From the NCBI RefSeq assembly GCF_009914755.1, contig NC_060928.1: a stretch of DNA of 64,000 nucleotides; one strand, written 5' to 3'. Numbering within the stretch: the stretch's first letter is position 1; each line of letters opens with the position of its first letter. The stretch comes from the human T2T-CHM13v2.0 reference genome, Homo sapiens. Below the pieces are notes generated by a model. It was not told the DNA's origin. It saw nothing but the letters and a program-made list of their open reading frames with translations, and searched no databases. Both the position numbers and the translations under genes were made by a program. Below, piece by piece: positions 1-13,565 of this stretch.

Positions 1-379
1 CTTGCCAAAAGGGATTTTCCAGTTGCTAAATTTTTCTGCAGGCCATCATGTTGACTGTGTCCCTGAGTCCTGTTCTTTGCTTCATTTTTCCCTTCTCTAC
101 CCTTCTTCATTCTAGAATTCTAAGGGGCGTCACAAGGCTTAATTGGAGGATTGGTGTTAGGAACAATGAGGGTTATATGAATACCAATTTCACTGTCAGA
201 TCCGGTGGCCAAGAAGTCATCATTGAAAAGGATGGATTTATTAAGATTCATTTCAATAGAAGTATCACTTCTCAGTGACCCAGTTCAGCTATTCTATTGT
301 TCTTAATGTAACATTTAAGTGTACATGCTTTTATCCAACACTAAATATGTATTCTGGGACCCCTCTCTGGTGCTGTCCT

Positions 380-790
380 CTCCACATGGGGGTAAATATT
401 TGTGGGGAGGAGGCCTTAGGAGATGATGTGAAGGCAAGTGGGATGGACTTGGCATCACTCCTACTAAGATGGAAGATAGGTGAGGTCATTTGGATCAAAA
501 TGCCTACTCATGAACAGTCTGCTAGCATAGGACCTGGGTATAGCTACTGCCATTCTTCTCATCTCTTCAGCTAATAAGGATGGATCTAGCATATATAGTG
601 GGATGTCTCCATTTCCTCATTTTTCATAAACTCTTTAACTGACTCCATTGCAGCATCTACTTCCAATAAAACCACTAACACTATTCTCATTAAGGTCACA
701 AGTGATGTTCGTAACATTATTTCCAATGGAAAATTATTTGTCCTCTTTGTTTTAAGCCTTGTAGCAATTATTGGTATAGTTACTCTCTCC
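380..790 (+). mobile_element. L2 LINE, ORF2-region fragment (5' part of an L2 split by the L1ME insertion)
   Basis: ctattctcattaaggtcacaagtgat...tccaatgg...gtcctc resembles the L2 ORF2 consensus (ctcttgtcaaggtcaccaatgacctcc); the consensus resumes at ~6270. Left boundary is uncertain. Confidence 0.7.
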
Positions 791-1367
791 TTTTTGTTTT
801 TGCTTTTTAAATTTTTAACAGCCTCATAAAGCAAATTCACCTATTTTAAATGTATATATTGTTGGGTTTTGGTAAATGTATGCAGCCATCGAGGCGTTAC
901 TACAATTCAGTTTAAGACTGACTGTATCATCCCCAAATGTTCCCTTATGCTCCTTAGGTACTCAACTGTCCCCAGGAAATCAGCAATCTGCTTTATGTCA
1001 TGACTTTTGACATTTAAGAAATTTCATATAAATAATGAATCATATAGTATGTACAAATTTGTCTGGTCCCTTTCACTTAGCATGATATTTTGAAATTCAC
1101 TCATATGGTTGCATGTGTCAGCTGTTCATTCTTTTTTATTGCTGAGTAACGGTCCATTGTTTGGATACATCATATTTTGTTTATCTACTTGTTGAACATT
1201 TGTATTATTTTCAGTCTTTGGTTATGCTGAATAACTCTGCTATAAACATTCACATAAAAGTTGTGTGAACATAGTTTTTCATTTCTCTTGAGTAGATATT
1301 TAGAAGAATCATGTGATTCATGTTCAATTTTGTAAGCAACTGCCAAACTGATTTAAAAAGTGTCTGT

Positions 1368-2315
1368 ACTGCAAAAGAAACTATCAGAGTGAACAGGCAA
1401 CCTACAGAATGGGAGAAAATTTTTGCAATCTGCCTATCTGAAAAAGGTCTAATATCCAGAATTTACAAGGAACTAAAACAAATTTACAAAAAAAACCCAA
1501 CCCCATCAAAAAGTGAGCAAAGGATATGAGCAGACACTTCTCAAAAGAAGACATTTATGCGGCCAACAAACATGAACAAAAGCTCAACATCACTGATTGT
1601 CAGAGAAATGCAAATCAAAACCACAGTGAGATACCATCTCACACCAGTCGGAATGGTGATTATTAAAAAGTCAGGAAACAATAGATGCTGGCGAGTCTGT
1701 GGAGAAATAGGAACACTTTTACACTGTTGGTGGGAATGTCAATTAGTCCAACCATTGTCCAAGACAGTATGGCAATTACTCAAGGATCTAGAACCAGAAA
1801 TACCATTTGACCCAGCAATCCCATTACTGGTTATATACCCAAAGGAATATAAATCATTTTATTACAAAGACACATGCACACATATGTTTATTGCAGCACT
1901 ATTTACAATAGCAAAGACATGGAACCAACCCAAATGCCCATCAATGATAGACTGGATAAAGAAAATGTGGTACATATACATCATGGAATACTATGCAGCC
2001 ATAAAAAGGAAAGAGATCACGTCCTTTGCAGGGGCATAGATGAAGCTGGAAGCCATCATCCTCAGCAAACTAATGAAGGAACAGAAAACCAAACACTGCA
2101 TGTTCTCACTCATAAGTGGGAGTTGAACAATGAGAACACCAGGACACAGGGAGGGGAACATCACACACCAGGGCCTCTTGTGGGGAGGAAACTTGGAGGA
2201 CAGGTCAATAGGTGCAGCAAACCACCATGGCACAGGTATACCTATGTAACAAACCAGCACATTCTGCACATGTATTCCCCCCGCCTTTTTTGGAAGAAAA
2301 AATATTGTTTACAGA
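1368..2315 (+). mobile_element. 5'-truncated L1PA (L1PA10/11-like): end of ORF2 plus 3'UTR
   Basis: ORF 1557-2039 is the L1 ORF2 C-terminus ([37 protein letters not shown]); 13-bp TSD aaaaagtgtctgt at 1355-1367 and 2316-2328. Confidence 0.95.
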
Positions 2316-2744
2316 AAAAAGTGTCTGTGCCACTTTGCCTTTCTATCAACAAGGCATGAGGATTTCGGTTTCTTGGCAGCATCAGTGACATTTTTCATTT
2401 TAATTATTCTAGTGGATGTGTAGTAGCACCTCATTGTGGGTTAAATTTGTTTTTCCTAATGATCAATGATGTTTAGCCTGTCATGTGCTTGTGGGTCATT
2501 CATACATTTTCTTTTGTAAAATGTATGTTTAAATCTTTTACAGATTTAAAGAATTGAGTTATATTCCTATGAGTTATAAAAGGTTTTTTAAAAAGTATAA
2601 ATATATATTCTGAATGAAAGTTCTCATATATATAACTCTTTCTATATATATATATACACATATATAAGAGTATATATATGTGTTTTACTAATAAACTTTT
2701 CTAATCTGTGGCTTGCCTTTTAATTCTATTAATAGAAAGCCATA

Positions 2745-3052
<308 letters not shown>

Positions 3053-3856
3053 CCCATGAGCTAAAGTGCTTAATTTTGGTGAAGTCTAATTTTTCTTTTT
3101 TTTTTCTTTTATGGCTAGTGTTTGTTATATGCTGCATAAAAATATTTGCCTAATCCAAGGTCAGAAAAATTTCTCCAATGTTTCCCCTTAGGTGTCCTAG
3201 AATTTTATAGTTCTATTTCTTATACTTAGGACTATAATCCATTTTGAATTAATATTTGTATATGGTGTAAGAAATCAGTCAAGGGTTTTAAAAAATATAT
3301 GGATATATAGTAATTTCATAACTATAAAAAGTAAGAAGTAAAAGACTCTTTTCCCTGTAGAATTAATTTGGTAGCTGTAAAAAAATCAATTGACCATATA
3401 AGTGTGAGTCTATTTCTGTACTCTAATGTCTATTTTTATGTCATTACTATACTGTCTTGATTAATGTAGGTTTAAGTCTTAAAATCAGCTTATATATGTT
3501 TTCTACTTTATTTTTTTTATAAAATTGTCTTGGTTATTCCAGGTATTTGCATTGTCATATATTTTTAGAATTGACTTGCCAATTTCTCCCAAAAGCCTAC
3601 GAGAATTTTGATTGCAATTGAATTGCAAGTTGAGCTATTGATCAACTTGGGGAGAATGGCCATCTTAACAGTATTGAATCTTTTAATTAATGAAAATTGA
3701 ATATCTCCATTTTTAAAGACGTTTTAAATTTTTTTCTTGGCAATCTTTAGTTTTCATTGTACAGGTCTTGCATGTCATTTGTGAGGCATTTTATTTTTTC
3801 TTTAAATTGTTTTGCTAAATGTTTTATTGAGGCTATTAGAGATGGAATTTTTTTAA

Positions 3857-4233
<377 letters not shown>

Positions 4234-5246
4234 TATGTTGTAGATTTCTTAGAATTATCTGCATACAAGAACATGTTGGCAAAAAAAGAACATTTTTCTT
4301 TTCTAATTTGCATGTCGTTTGTTTCTTTTCATTGTCTTATTGCATTGGCTTCGATATTTAGTACAAGGTTAAAAAAAGTGAGGTATCCTTATCTTCTTTT
4401 TCTCATATTAGGCTAAAAGCACTCCACTATGCTGCTAATTATGATGCTAGCTGCAGGTTTTTCATAAACGCTCTTTATTAGGTTGAGGACATTCCCTTTC
4501 ATTTTTAGTTTACTAAGACTTTTTATTGTGAATATGTATAATATGTTGCTGGATTCAGTTTGCTGAAATTTTGCTAAGGATATTTGCGTCAATTTTTATG
4601 AAGATTTTATCAAGAATATGGGTTGTAGTTTTCCATTATGATGTCTTTGTTGGAGTAATGCTGGCCTAATAAAATGAATTGGAATTTTTCTTTTCTTGTC
4701 TATTTCCTGCATTTTTTGGTAGGATTCTTACAATTTCTTTCTTAAATATTTGGTAGAATTAATCAATATAGTCATTTGGGCCTGATGCTTTCTTTAAAGG
4801 AGGATTTTTAAAGAGTTATGAATTCAATTTATTTTACTTTATATAAATCCATTTAGAGTTTAAAAACTTTTAAAAAGTGACCATTAGCAGTATGTGACAT
4901 TCGTTACTAACATTAGTAACATTAGACTTTCAAGAAGTTTGTCTATTTTATTTACATTGTCAGATTGATTCATGCAACATTGTCCGTAACATTCTCATAA
5001 TCATTTTGATTTTCATAATGTCAGTAGTAATGTTGCCTTTATCATTCCGGATATTGCTAATTTAAATCTCCTTTTTCTGTTCTTTGTCAGTCTATGTAAA
5101 TGTTTATTCCCTTTATTGATATTTTAAAAGACTCAGCTTTTAGTTTCATTTATTTTTTTCTATTGCTTATCTTTTCTCTATTTCACTAATTTCCATTCGG
5201 ATCTTTATTATTAACCTCCTTCTACATAATTTATGTTTAATATTGT

Positions 5247-5312
5247 CTCCTCCTCCTCCTCCTGGTCCTTCTCCTCCTTCTCCTCCTCCTCCTCCTCCTT
5301 CTTCTTCTTCTC
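5247..5312. repeat. (TCC)n/(TTC)n polypyrimidine microsatellite
   Basis: Direct reading: ctcctcctcctcctcc...ttcttcttcttc. Confidence 0.9.
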
Positions 5313-6269
5313 TGCTTAAGGTAGAAGCTTCGATAATTGACTTGAGGCCTTTCCTCTTTTTTAGTATAAGTGTTTAGTACTATAAAGTTTCCTTTAAGCA
5401 CTGCTTTAGATATAGCCTACAAATCTTGATATGTTGTGTTTTTATATTGGTTCAGTTTAAAACATTTTCTAAATTTCTCTTTTTTCTTTGACTCACAGGT
5501 GATTTAGAGGTGTGTTAATTTATACTCATTTGGGGTTTTCCAGCATTTCTTTCTGTGACTGATTTCTAATGCTATTTTGGTCAGAAAACTTACTCTGTAT
5601 GATTCCAATGCCTTAAAATTATTGAAACTTATTTATTGCCAGCATGATTTATCCTGGTGAATATCGTATTTGCTCTTGAAAGGAATGTGTCTTCTGTTGT
5701 TGGGTAGAGTGTTCTATAGATGTCAAATTGTTTGGTAGGGTTTTTCAATTCTTTTACATTCTTTATATATTCAAGCTGCATGTGGGCTGAGGCATGCATT
5801 CAAAGGCACAACATATTTACACATCTCCTCAGGCTTTTCATATTTGCCAGGCTCCCTGAAGGTGTCCTGCATTCATGCTTAGTATAGAAGTTATCTAGGG
5901 ATGTTTGGGGAATTTGTTACATCAGTACTTCTGTGACTCTTTCACTTCCCACATCTCACAGTTAAATTTTTAGTTGTTCTCTTGCCTGCCCTGAACTGGG
6001 TCTACCACCCTGATAAATAAAGATAAAGGTGTTTTTTAGTGTGAGCTGCATTGGATTGAAATGGCCTCTGGCAAGAAGGCTACCCACTCACAGCTGAGTA
6101 GCACTTTGTTATGAGTAAACAATTCTGAGGTTGTTCCTTGCCTTTGATTGTTTTCCAGTGCCCATACATTGTTATTTTTAATAATGTTGCCCACTTTAGT
6201 ACTTGATTCACGTGGAATAGAAAAACCCAATCTTCTTATGCCACCATTACCACAAGTAGATTTCTATTC

Positions 6270-7640
6270 CTTCCCTTAGAAACATTCTATTTGCTGGGCT
6301 GTCATGACAGAATATCTTGTAACTTTTCTGGCTATTCTTTCTTTAAGTTTCCCTTAAATATTAGAATGTTTTAGTATTTAGGATAAGCCACATTTTAAAA
6401 GGCATAGGTTTTTTTTTTGTCGTCTTATATCATACATTACTCTTAGGTGATCTCATTTATTCATACAGCTTTAATTGCCACTATATATTACTTCTAAAAT
6501 TTGTATCTCCAGCCTAGACTTTTTCTTTGAGCTCCAGGCACTTATATTTATCAAATTATCCTTTATCTTTATTTATCTCTTTTATTGGCAACTCAAAAAC
6601 AAGTCCCAAACAGAATGCAATCTTTTCTCTCTAACCTGCTCTTCCTGTAGGATTTTTTATCTTACTAATAATGTCATCATCCACCAGTTTTCCTGGTATG
6701 TCCTTAGTATATCCATCCATTCCTCTCCCTACACCTCCGTAAATAACCAATCGTCAAGTACTGCTAACTTCCTCTCCTATCTCTGGAATATGACCACACA
6801 TGTTCATTGCCACTGTCATCATATGAATCTAAACTATCAACTTGAAGTATTTAAAAGCTTATTTATTTATTTTTGAGACAGGGTCTCACTTTGTTATCCA
6901 GGCTGGAGTGCAGTGGAGCAATCACGGCTCACTGCAGCCTCTACCTCCCGGGGCTCAAGGGATCCTCCCACCTCAGCCTCCCAAGTAGCCGGGACTACAA
7001 GCATGCACCACCACGCCCAGCTAATTTTTGTATTTTTTGTAGAGACGGGGTTTTGCCATGTTGCCCAGGCTGGTCTTGAACTCCTGGGCTCAAGCAATGT
7101 GCCCACCTCAGCTTCCCAAAGTGCTGGAATTAACAGATGTGAGCCACTGTGCCTGGCTACCTCCTTATTTTTTTCTACAGTCTTGTTGGGTCATCTTTTA
7201 AAGAGATACATCTTGTTATCACCTTTCCTGAAAACATTTCTATATTTTTCTTGTGCTTTTAGGATGAAAAGTGAACCACTCCACGTGGCCTATAGGACTC
7301 TCCATGATCTGGTCTTTCCTGACCACTCCAGGGTCACATCATGCCACCCTCTGCTTCACCCTGGCACAAGGCAAAGGGTCTTCTTTCAGTTCCTCAAATA
7401 TGGATCTTCCCTAGCTCCCTGAAACAACCCTATTATATGCATTTGAGTACACCGTATCTCTTTACGGCTTCTAGTGCATTTATCATGTATTTATTTGTTT
7501 AAGAAGTTCCCTACATAGCTGTTGGCTCTATACCCAAGGTCCTGTGTCTGTTTTGCTCACCAATGTATCAACAATATCTAAGGGAATATCAAGCACAAAT
7601 TAGCCTCCCAGTAAAATTTGCTTAATGAATAAATGAATGC
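6270..7640 (+). mobile_element. L2 LINE, 3' portion (continuation of 380-790), interrupted by an AluJ
   Basis: tgtatctccagcctagacttt...tgagctccag, caactcaaaaacaagtcccaaac, and L2 tail ttgcttaatgaataaatgaatg. Confidence 0.85.
6859..7158 (-). mobile_element. AluJ, antisense
   Basis: gagacagggtctcact...gcaatcacggctcactgcagcctc...gggctcaagggatcctcccacc (J-diagnostic phrases). Confidence 0.95.
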
Positions 7641-8079
7641 AAAAGAATACAGTTTTGTACTTACTGGTCTTATTGCATCTGTGTATTATTTCTGATTCAC
7701 CCTATGTCCAGTAGGATTAGAGAATCATAGGATCACACAATCAGGCCAGTTCAGAGATTATAGAACGAACACAGGGCGAATTCTTTCAGCGTTCCCTCCT
7801 CTAAACTGCCACTTGACTGCAGACCGTTCTCTCTATCCTTAACTCAGCTCCTCACCTTTTTCTCATCTCTTTTCTGTATTTTAGGACTATTAGTTGGGGT
7901 TGGGTAGGAAGCTATTGGAATAGCGGAAAGGATTTCCATTATGTGGAAACGTCTGCCATGTATTTATTAACAATTTTCCTTAATGTTTTGTTCTGTTTAG
8001 ACACAATGCAATTTTTATTGTGTTCAATAGGGAAGTTTCTCTCTTCAAGTCTTAATATATGGTATTAGCTACAAAATAG

Positions 8080-8265
8080 GTAAAGCGTACAGGCTCTGAC
8101 ACCAGCATGTCCCACTTACTAGCTATGTGACCTTTAGCCGGTTTCCAAACCTTTCTATAGTTTTCTCACCTATAAGATGATGTAAATGATCGTATCTACT
8201 ACATAGAATATGAAGAACTTAGAAGAATGTTTGGCACTGATTAAATACTTAATGATTGTTAGCTT
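8080..8265 (+). mobile_element. MIR SINE
   Basis: ccacttactagctatgtgacctt...ttttctcacctataagatg core. Confidence 0.8.
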
Positions 8266-10584
8266 ATATCTGATATCTGGATGTCAACTTAGTTTTTCTT
8301 GCCATACCTCTCATTTTTCCTCCCAAATTATAGACCTAATTGTTACTTAATTGTACAGAACCAGAAATCTTGGGGGATGGGAATTCATATCTTAATTCCT
8401 CAGTTAAATTCTCCATTTCCAGAAAGTAGGAACCATGCCCTATCTCATCAAAAGTATTCAGTAAGTGTTTGTGAATGGGCTTTCTTTAAAGGTATCATCT
8501 AATTCTGACTTTCCACTCAAGCTGTCTTGCCCTTAATTAGTTTAAATCAGCGTATTTGTTGTGTCCCATCAGAAACCCCCATTGTTTCTACTAGAGCAGG
8601 CTCATGTCAGAGATCATACCTTTTTAATTAGTACTAATTGAGGCAATTAGTTACCATTAGTAAGCAAGGCAAACACAGAATAAGCCAACTTTGGACCTAT
8701 GGGCTTTTTAAAGTCTGTGGTTGCTGGGACTTGCTGAAAATCCACTTATTAAAACGTTTAATATATCAAGGACCATGAGACTGCTTTGCCCTCAAAGCAA
8801 GGCCAAACAAAACAAAACATAGAAGAAGGACTCATCAGCATCACACAGGGTCACCAGCTGCTGTGGATACCTTTCAATCCGTTGGAGTTAGGAACTAATA
8901 GCGCAGCATACAGTTGATAGAGGTGAATGAAAATTAAGTCAATTGATTGAACTATTTTAACAGGTGTCAGGGTGCAAAAAAAACCACCAAAAACAAAAAT
9001 CCTTAACTTGGTGTGCTGACATCTGTAGGACAGTCAGCTGAAGTCAAGTGTGCTTTCTTGGCGGTTGGTCAGTAAGCTGATCCATATTTGAAGGAAATTT
9101 TCCATTTCTCTAATTGGTTGATGTCATCCAGACAGTACCTACTTTAGTTTTCTTGCTGCTGCTCACTCTTATTCCCAGCTGGAAGCACTCACATCAGAGG
9201 CCGGAAAGAGGAATGCTAGAAAGGCTTTGCTTGGTTTTCTGTGGTCTTCCCACCTTCATTTCTCCATGGGGAGCAATGCTGATTGAGAAAGAAAGGGACA
9301 GTGGCATTCGTCAGAATCGCAGCTGCTTTAATCAGTGCCAAGAGCTCATAAGATCCGAGAACAACTCCCCAGCCTTTATTTTTCCTTATGTGGTATTTAC
9401 CATGTTGTCTTTCTGATATTAGGGGAAAAATCAACCCCTTTTCCCTTTTCTTTCGTAATTCAATTCTGAAAAGTTATTTATTTTTATTTTTCAAATTTTC
9501 TTGAACTCTATTTGCATGACTAACTTGAGTTGTAGTTTTTAAAAAATTCTGCATCCCCCCTCCCTATGGCCATTCAATTTTCTCTTGCACTCTATTTAAA
9601 TATATTTCCAGAGAATGTGTTAAGGCTGGTCAAAAAGTAGATAACTTGTAATCACTAACTTCAAGTAAATCATGGAAGATTAACTTTATCTTTCTATAAA
9701 AGATGGAATAGTGTGTGAAATGGGCAATTTGAATATTTTCAGGATAGAGGATTCTTGCCTTACTTGATTGCTTTAAACCAATTGGAGAGATAAAAAACAC
9801 TGAACACTTGCTCTCCCCAGCTCTTCTCCTACCAGGCACTCTCTCTCTTTTATAGAGCTCACATTGACAACATAATGAACGCACCGCACAGCTGTCAAAG
9901 GAAATGTTTGAGCACTTGTGAAATTACAGGCTGCTGCAGAAATGACTTAAGCATGCCATTACCTCTTGCTGCATTTAGAACAAATAAGCCACCTGCCCTT
10001 TAGGTATTATCTGATCTGTTTGAATAGACTACTATATAGACCCACATAGAAGACTCCAAACATTTTCTTCTACAATTCTGCTCAAAGAACTGCAGCTTCA
10101 GCATCTCGCACTCCGTTTTCTCAATGCCTTCCTCTCCAGCTCCATCCTTTGCATACATTATATAAACAGTCACACGTCTAGTCTCCTGCGCTAAAGGAAG
10201 CCTCATTTTTGTGATCACAGCTACCTAGCCTTGGGCTGCTGTACCTGAGAGCTGTGTTCACCTGACTTCAAAACCCTGTGTACTCTCTTACCTCTAAAGC
10301 AAATTGTGTGATCATGAATCCACCTCACAACTAAAATCCCTTTTCCAGCAGACATGGATTGAGTGTCAGAAATGTTTTCTGATTGTATCATCAATCTGAA
10401 ATGGATAAATTAACTAAGCTATGATGGCTGCCTTACCATAGCTATTATCTCCTCAGCAAGGAAGAGCCTTTTAGCTTCGTGCCCTCAGGAGCACTACCCT
10501 TGCCTCTCTATGCTCTTGGACATCACTGTGGTTCAAGGGCATTTAGTGCCTCCTGCACCTGACACATGACACTGAGGAAGTCAA

Positions 10585-11020
10585 GAAAATTTAGGTAAAG
10601 AGCTTATTTGCCAAGGTATGGGCAGGCTATTGACAAACCATCAGGGATAATGTGGTATTATTAGAGGTGGCCACTACTGCGACCCTTAGGCCTGAAGGCG
10701 TGAGGGGAGAGAACAGCTCCTGGACTTTAGAGAGAGATGGGGGGTGGGCTTGGAGGGGGCCCACTGACAGGAGCCATGACCTTCTATTGGGACAGGACAC
10801 AGCCACCCAAGGTAACCTTGCAGGGAGGGAACTGAGGAAATATGTACCTGAGCTTACTCTCCTCCTCCTCCCGGATCTCCTGTGGGTCCTTGCCTTTGGT
10901 TGAACATTAGCGGAAACTAGAGGAGGAGAGTTGGTGAGGCAGTCAGTCTTTCAGGAGAGACAGCAGGTACGGGAGACAGAAAAGCGACTCTGCGGGCGTG
11001 CAGAAGATGTTCAGCTCACC
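10585..11020 (-). mobile_element. Ancient ERVL-class solo LTR (LTR33/LTR40/LTR41-like)
   Basis: tatttgccaaggtatgggcagg, aggcctgaaggcgtgagggga and cctgagcttactctcctcctcctccc resemble the reverse consensus of these LTRs; subfamily uncertain. Confidence 0.6.
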
Positions 11021-11089
11021 TTCTGAGGGGAATAAATATCTCATCCTAATGTTTTGTTCCATAGTTACCTCCCCCAATTCCCATTTATC

Positions 11090-11600
11090 TTTTAAACTGC
11101 AGCCAAAGTATTATTCTTAGAGCACAGGTGATTGTATCACATCCTTACAGAAAGACTTTTAATGGCCCATTCCATAGAGCATAAAGTTCAAAATCTTTAT
11201 CATGGAATTCAAGGCCACGCAAATCTCCTTTCCAATTAACTTGTGAGCCTTTGCCAACAACCTCCCTTCTACCCCAATCTATTTCCTTAAGCTGATAGTG
11301 TCCCAGGCTTTCCCCTCACCCCGTTCCTTTGTTCACTCTCTTCCCCTCATTTAGATTGCTCTTAACGAACTCCTGATAAATTCTTCCTTCCTTTTTAAGG
11401 TTGTTCTCAACACATCACGTTTTCATGAAGCTGCCTTCTATCATCCTAGTCAGAAATAATCTTTCCTGCCAATATACTGCTATGACATTTTTATTTGTTA
11501 TTTTTCCTGAGACATTATAACACATTGTCTTATTATTAATTTTGGACATCTGAACATGCCTGTTGTTAGAATATGAACTGTGTGCATCCCTCGCTTTGTG
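11090..11600 (+). mobile_element. L2 fragment
   Basis: ctgcagccaaagtattattctt...cataaagttcaaaatctttatcatggaattcaaggcc. Confidence 0.75.
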
Positions 11601-11984
11601 GCTCTGGGTCTGATTAGAAAGAATTTCCATTCACATGGGTAGAATTTTACTGGATTGGGATATACCAGGAGGGGCCAGAGATGGATAGGATTCATGGGTG
11701 AGGACAGGTCGTGTCTGAGTAGGAATATAGATGGAAGGGCAAGAAGTGCTATTATTCTCAGGGGTGAATGAAGATCTGAATACAGGAAAAAAAGCTGAAA
11801 AGGAATCAGCTGTTAGAACAGTTCTGGAAACAGTGAGTGTTAGGGTGGAAATAATGTGAATGGGTACAACTCCCTGACCAGGAACTGAGTTGTGAGGTCC
11901 AGAGCTATGCTGAAGGGTTCTGATCACCTGCGGCATTGTCTCCCTGGCTGGCTGTAATGAAAGGGGTTGCTGGGTCAGTTCATA

Positions 11985-12113
11985 ACCATGAGTTCTTCGA
12001 AGGCAGGGGCCATGTTTTGTTCATCTTTGTAATTATTTGTCTCTCCTCCCCTTTGGTCCCCTTAACGTAGTGTCTGGAACTTAGCAGGTACACTAAATAT
12101 GTTTGTTGAAATG
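11985..12113 (+). mobile_element. L2 3' end
   Basis: gaaggcaggggccatgttttgttcatctttgta...aaatatgtttgttgaaatga. Confidence 0.75.
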
Positions 12114-12959
12114 ACTGGAAGTCAGCAGATTTTATTTATATAAAAATATTGTATGGAATGTAAAAAGATATATGTATACATAATGATGATATTTTAGGAA
12201 CAGTTAAAAGATAGTCTGCTCTAAATATTTTTAAAAGTGCATCTTTTCTACGTTCAGCATAGGCTGTTGTGCTGACCCCAGATAAACTTGATTTCAATGT
12301 CTGCATAACCCGGGTGCATTGGATACCTGACATGTATATCTGAAGATCAGGAGGTACTCTGAAAATAAAGACCAGCAATGAAGAAGCCAACAGGTGTTCA
12401 CTTAGCCATGATGGACTAGTATTAGGAGGGGTTATTGGAGGCCCATACCCATTTACATGTATATTGCAGTCCTCCAAGTATACTGATAGATGACGTTTTA
12501 TTCCAATGAAAAGGGCTTGTTCTGCTAAGTGACTGGCTTTATGTGATCAGCTATTGCTGCATCATATCCCATGCTGAAGGCAATCTGCTTTTGTCAGTTG
12601 ACATTTTCCAATTATTTCCTAGCACTTTTTTTCCCTCTGTATCTGTTGAGACAAAATCAAAGTTTAAAAAACATGCAGAATTCATAGCTCATAGTAAAAA
12701 CAGACTGTAATATGCTGAGAACTTGAAGCTTTCATCTAGCCTGTCAGGAAAAACCCTCCAATTCTAATTTGAATTAGGCCAGAGATGCACAGAATAATTT
12801 GAGTAGCTGCTGGTTAATGAGCTGTGGTTTACAGGTTGGGCCACTGCATGCTTCCTCTGGAGTACATTGCCGGCTAAGTAATCCACTCTCATTATAACCG
12901 CAGCCTAAGGAGCAGCCCATTTGGAGGCAATGTAATGATGTGATGTTATATATCACAAA

Positions 12960-13565
12960 AATTAGAGGGATAGAACTATAACTGGTAGGTCATCTTGACT
13001 CTCCCCTGCCAGGGCAGGCTTGTTCACCACACTGCTTCCTTGAGTGCTTTTGTCCAGTCCTGTTTTAAATGACCCAGGCAATGGAGCTCAAGCCTTTTCC
13101 CTTGAGAGGCCATTTGGCAGTCTAATAGGCTTTGCTGTTAGCAAACTCTTCCTTGATGTGCTGCCTAAGTTTTCCTTTGCTCAATTTCATCTCATTACTG
13201 CTGTTATTCTGCTTTTGTGCACCCCAAACGATCCCTCTTTCTCCTGCATGTTTACTGCTTCCTTCTGCTCATAAACGCTTTCCCATACCTCTTAGTCATT
13301 GTCTGGCCACAGAATGTCTGCCACGGTCTTTAAAAACTTTTGCTCTTCCTCCATCCACATTTGTGATTCCCTTCTGAGCTCTTCCCCCTTTGATCAAAAC
13401 TTTCCTGATTTGTAAGGGCTGGAAGAGCACACCATATTTCATGCTGGATGATGTTTCCTAAGGGCAACATCAGGGCGTTCTTCCCCTACTCTGTGACAGA
13501 TGCATTTGTGTACACAGCCTAAAATTGCATTGCCTCTCTTTGCTGCCAAAGCACACTGAGAAAGT
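12960..13565 (-). mobile_element. CR1/L3 LINE relic (3' region)
   Basis: tgtccagtcctgttttaaatgacccaggcaatggag...ctcttccttgatgtgctgcctaa and cagcctaaaattgcattg...gcacactg match antisense CR1 3' sequence. Confidence 0.65.

Noticed and set aside
1557-2039. 160-aa ORF
   Set aside because: C-terminal fragment of L1 ORF2p in a 5'-truncated element; not a host gene.
6873-7422. ORFs of 68-169 aa (also 2729-3046, 15174-15407, 51950-52330)
   Set aside because: Classic antisense-Alu translations ([17 protein letters not shown]).
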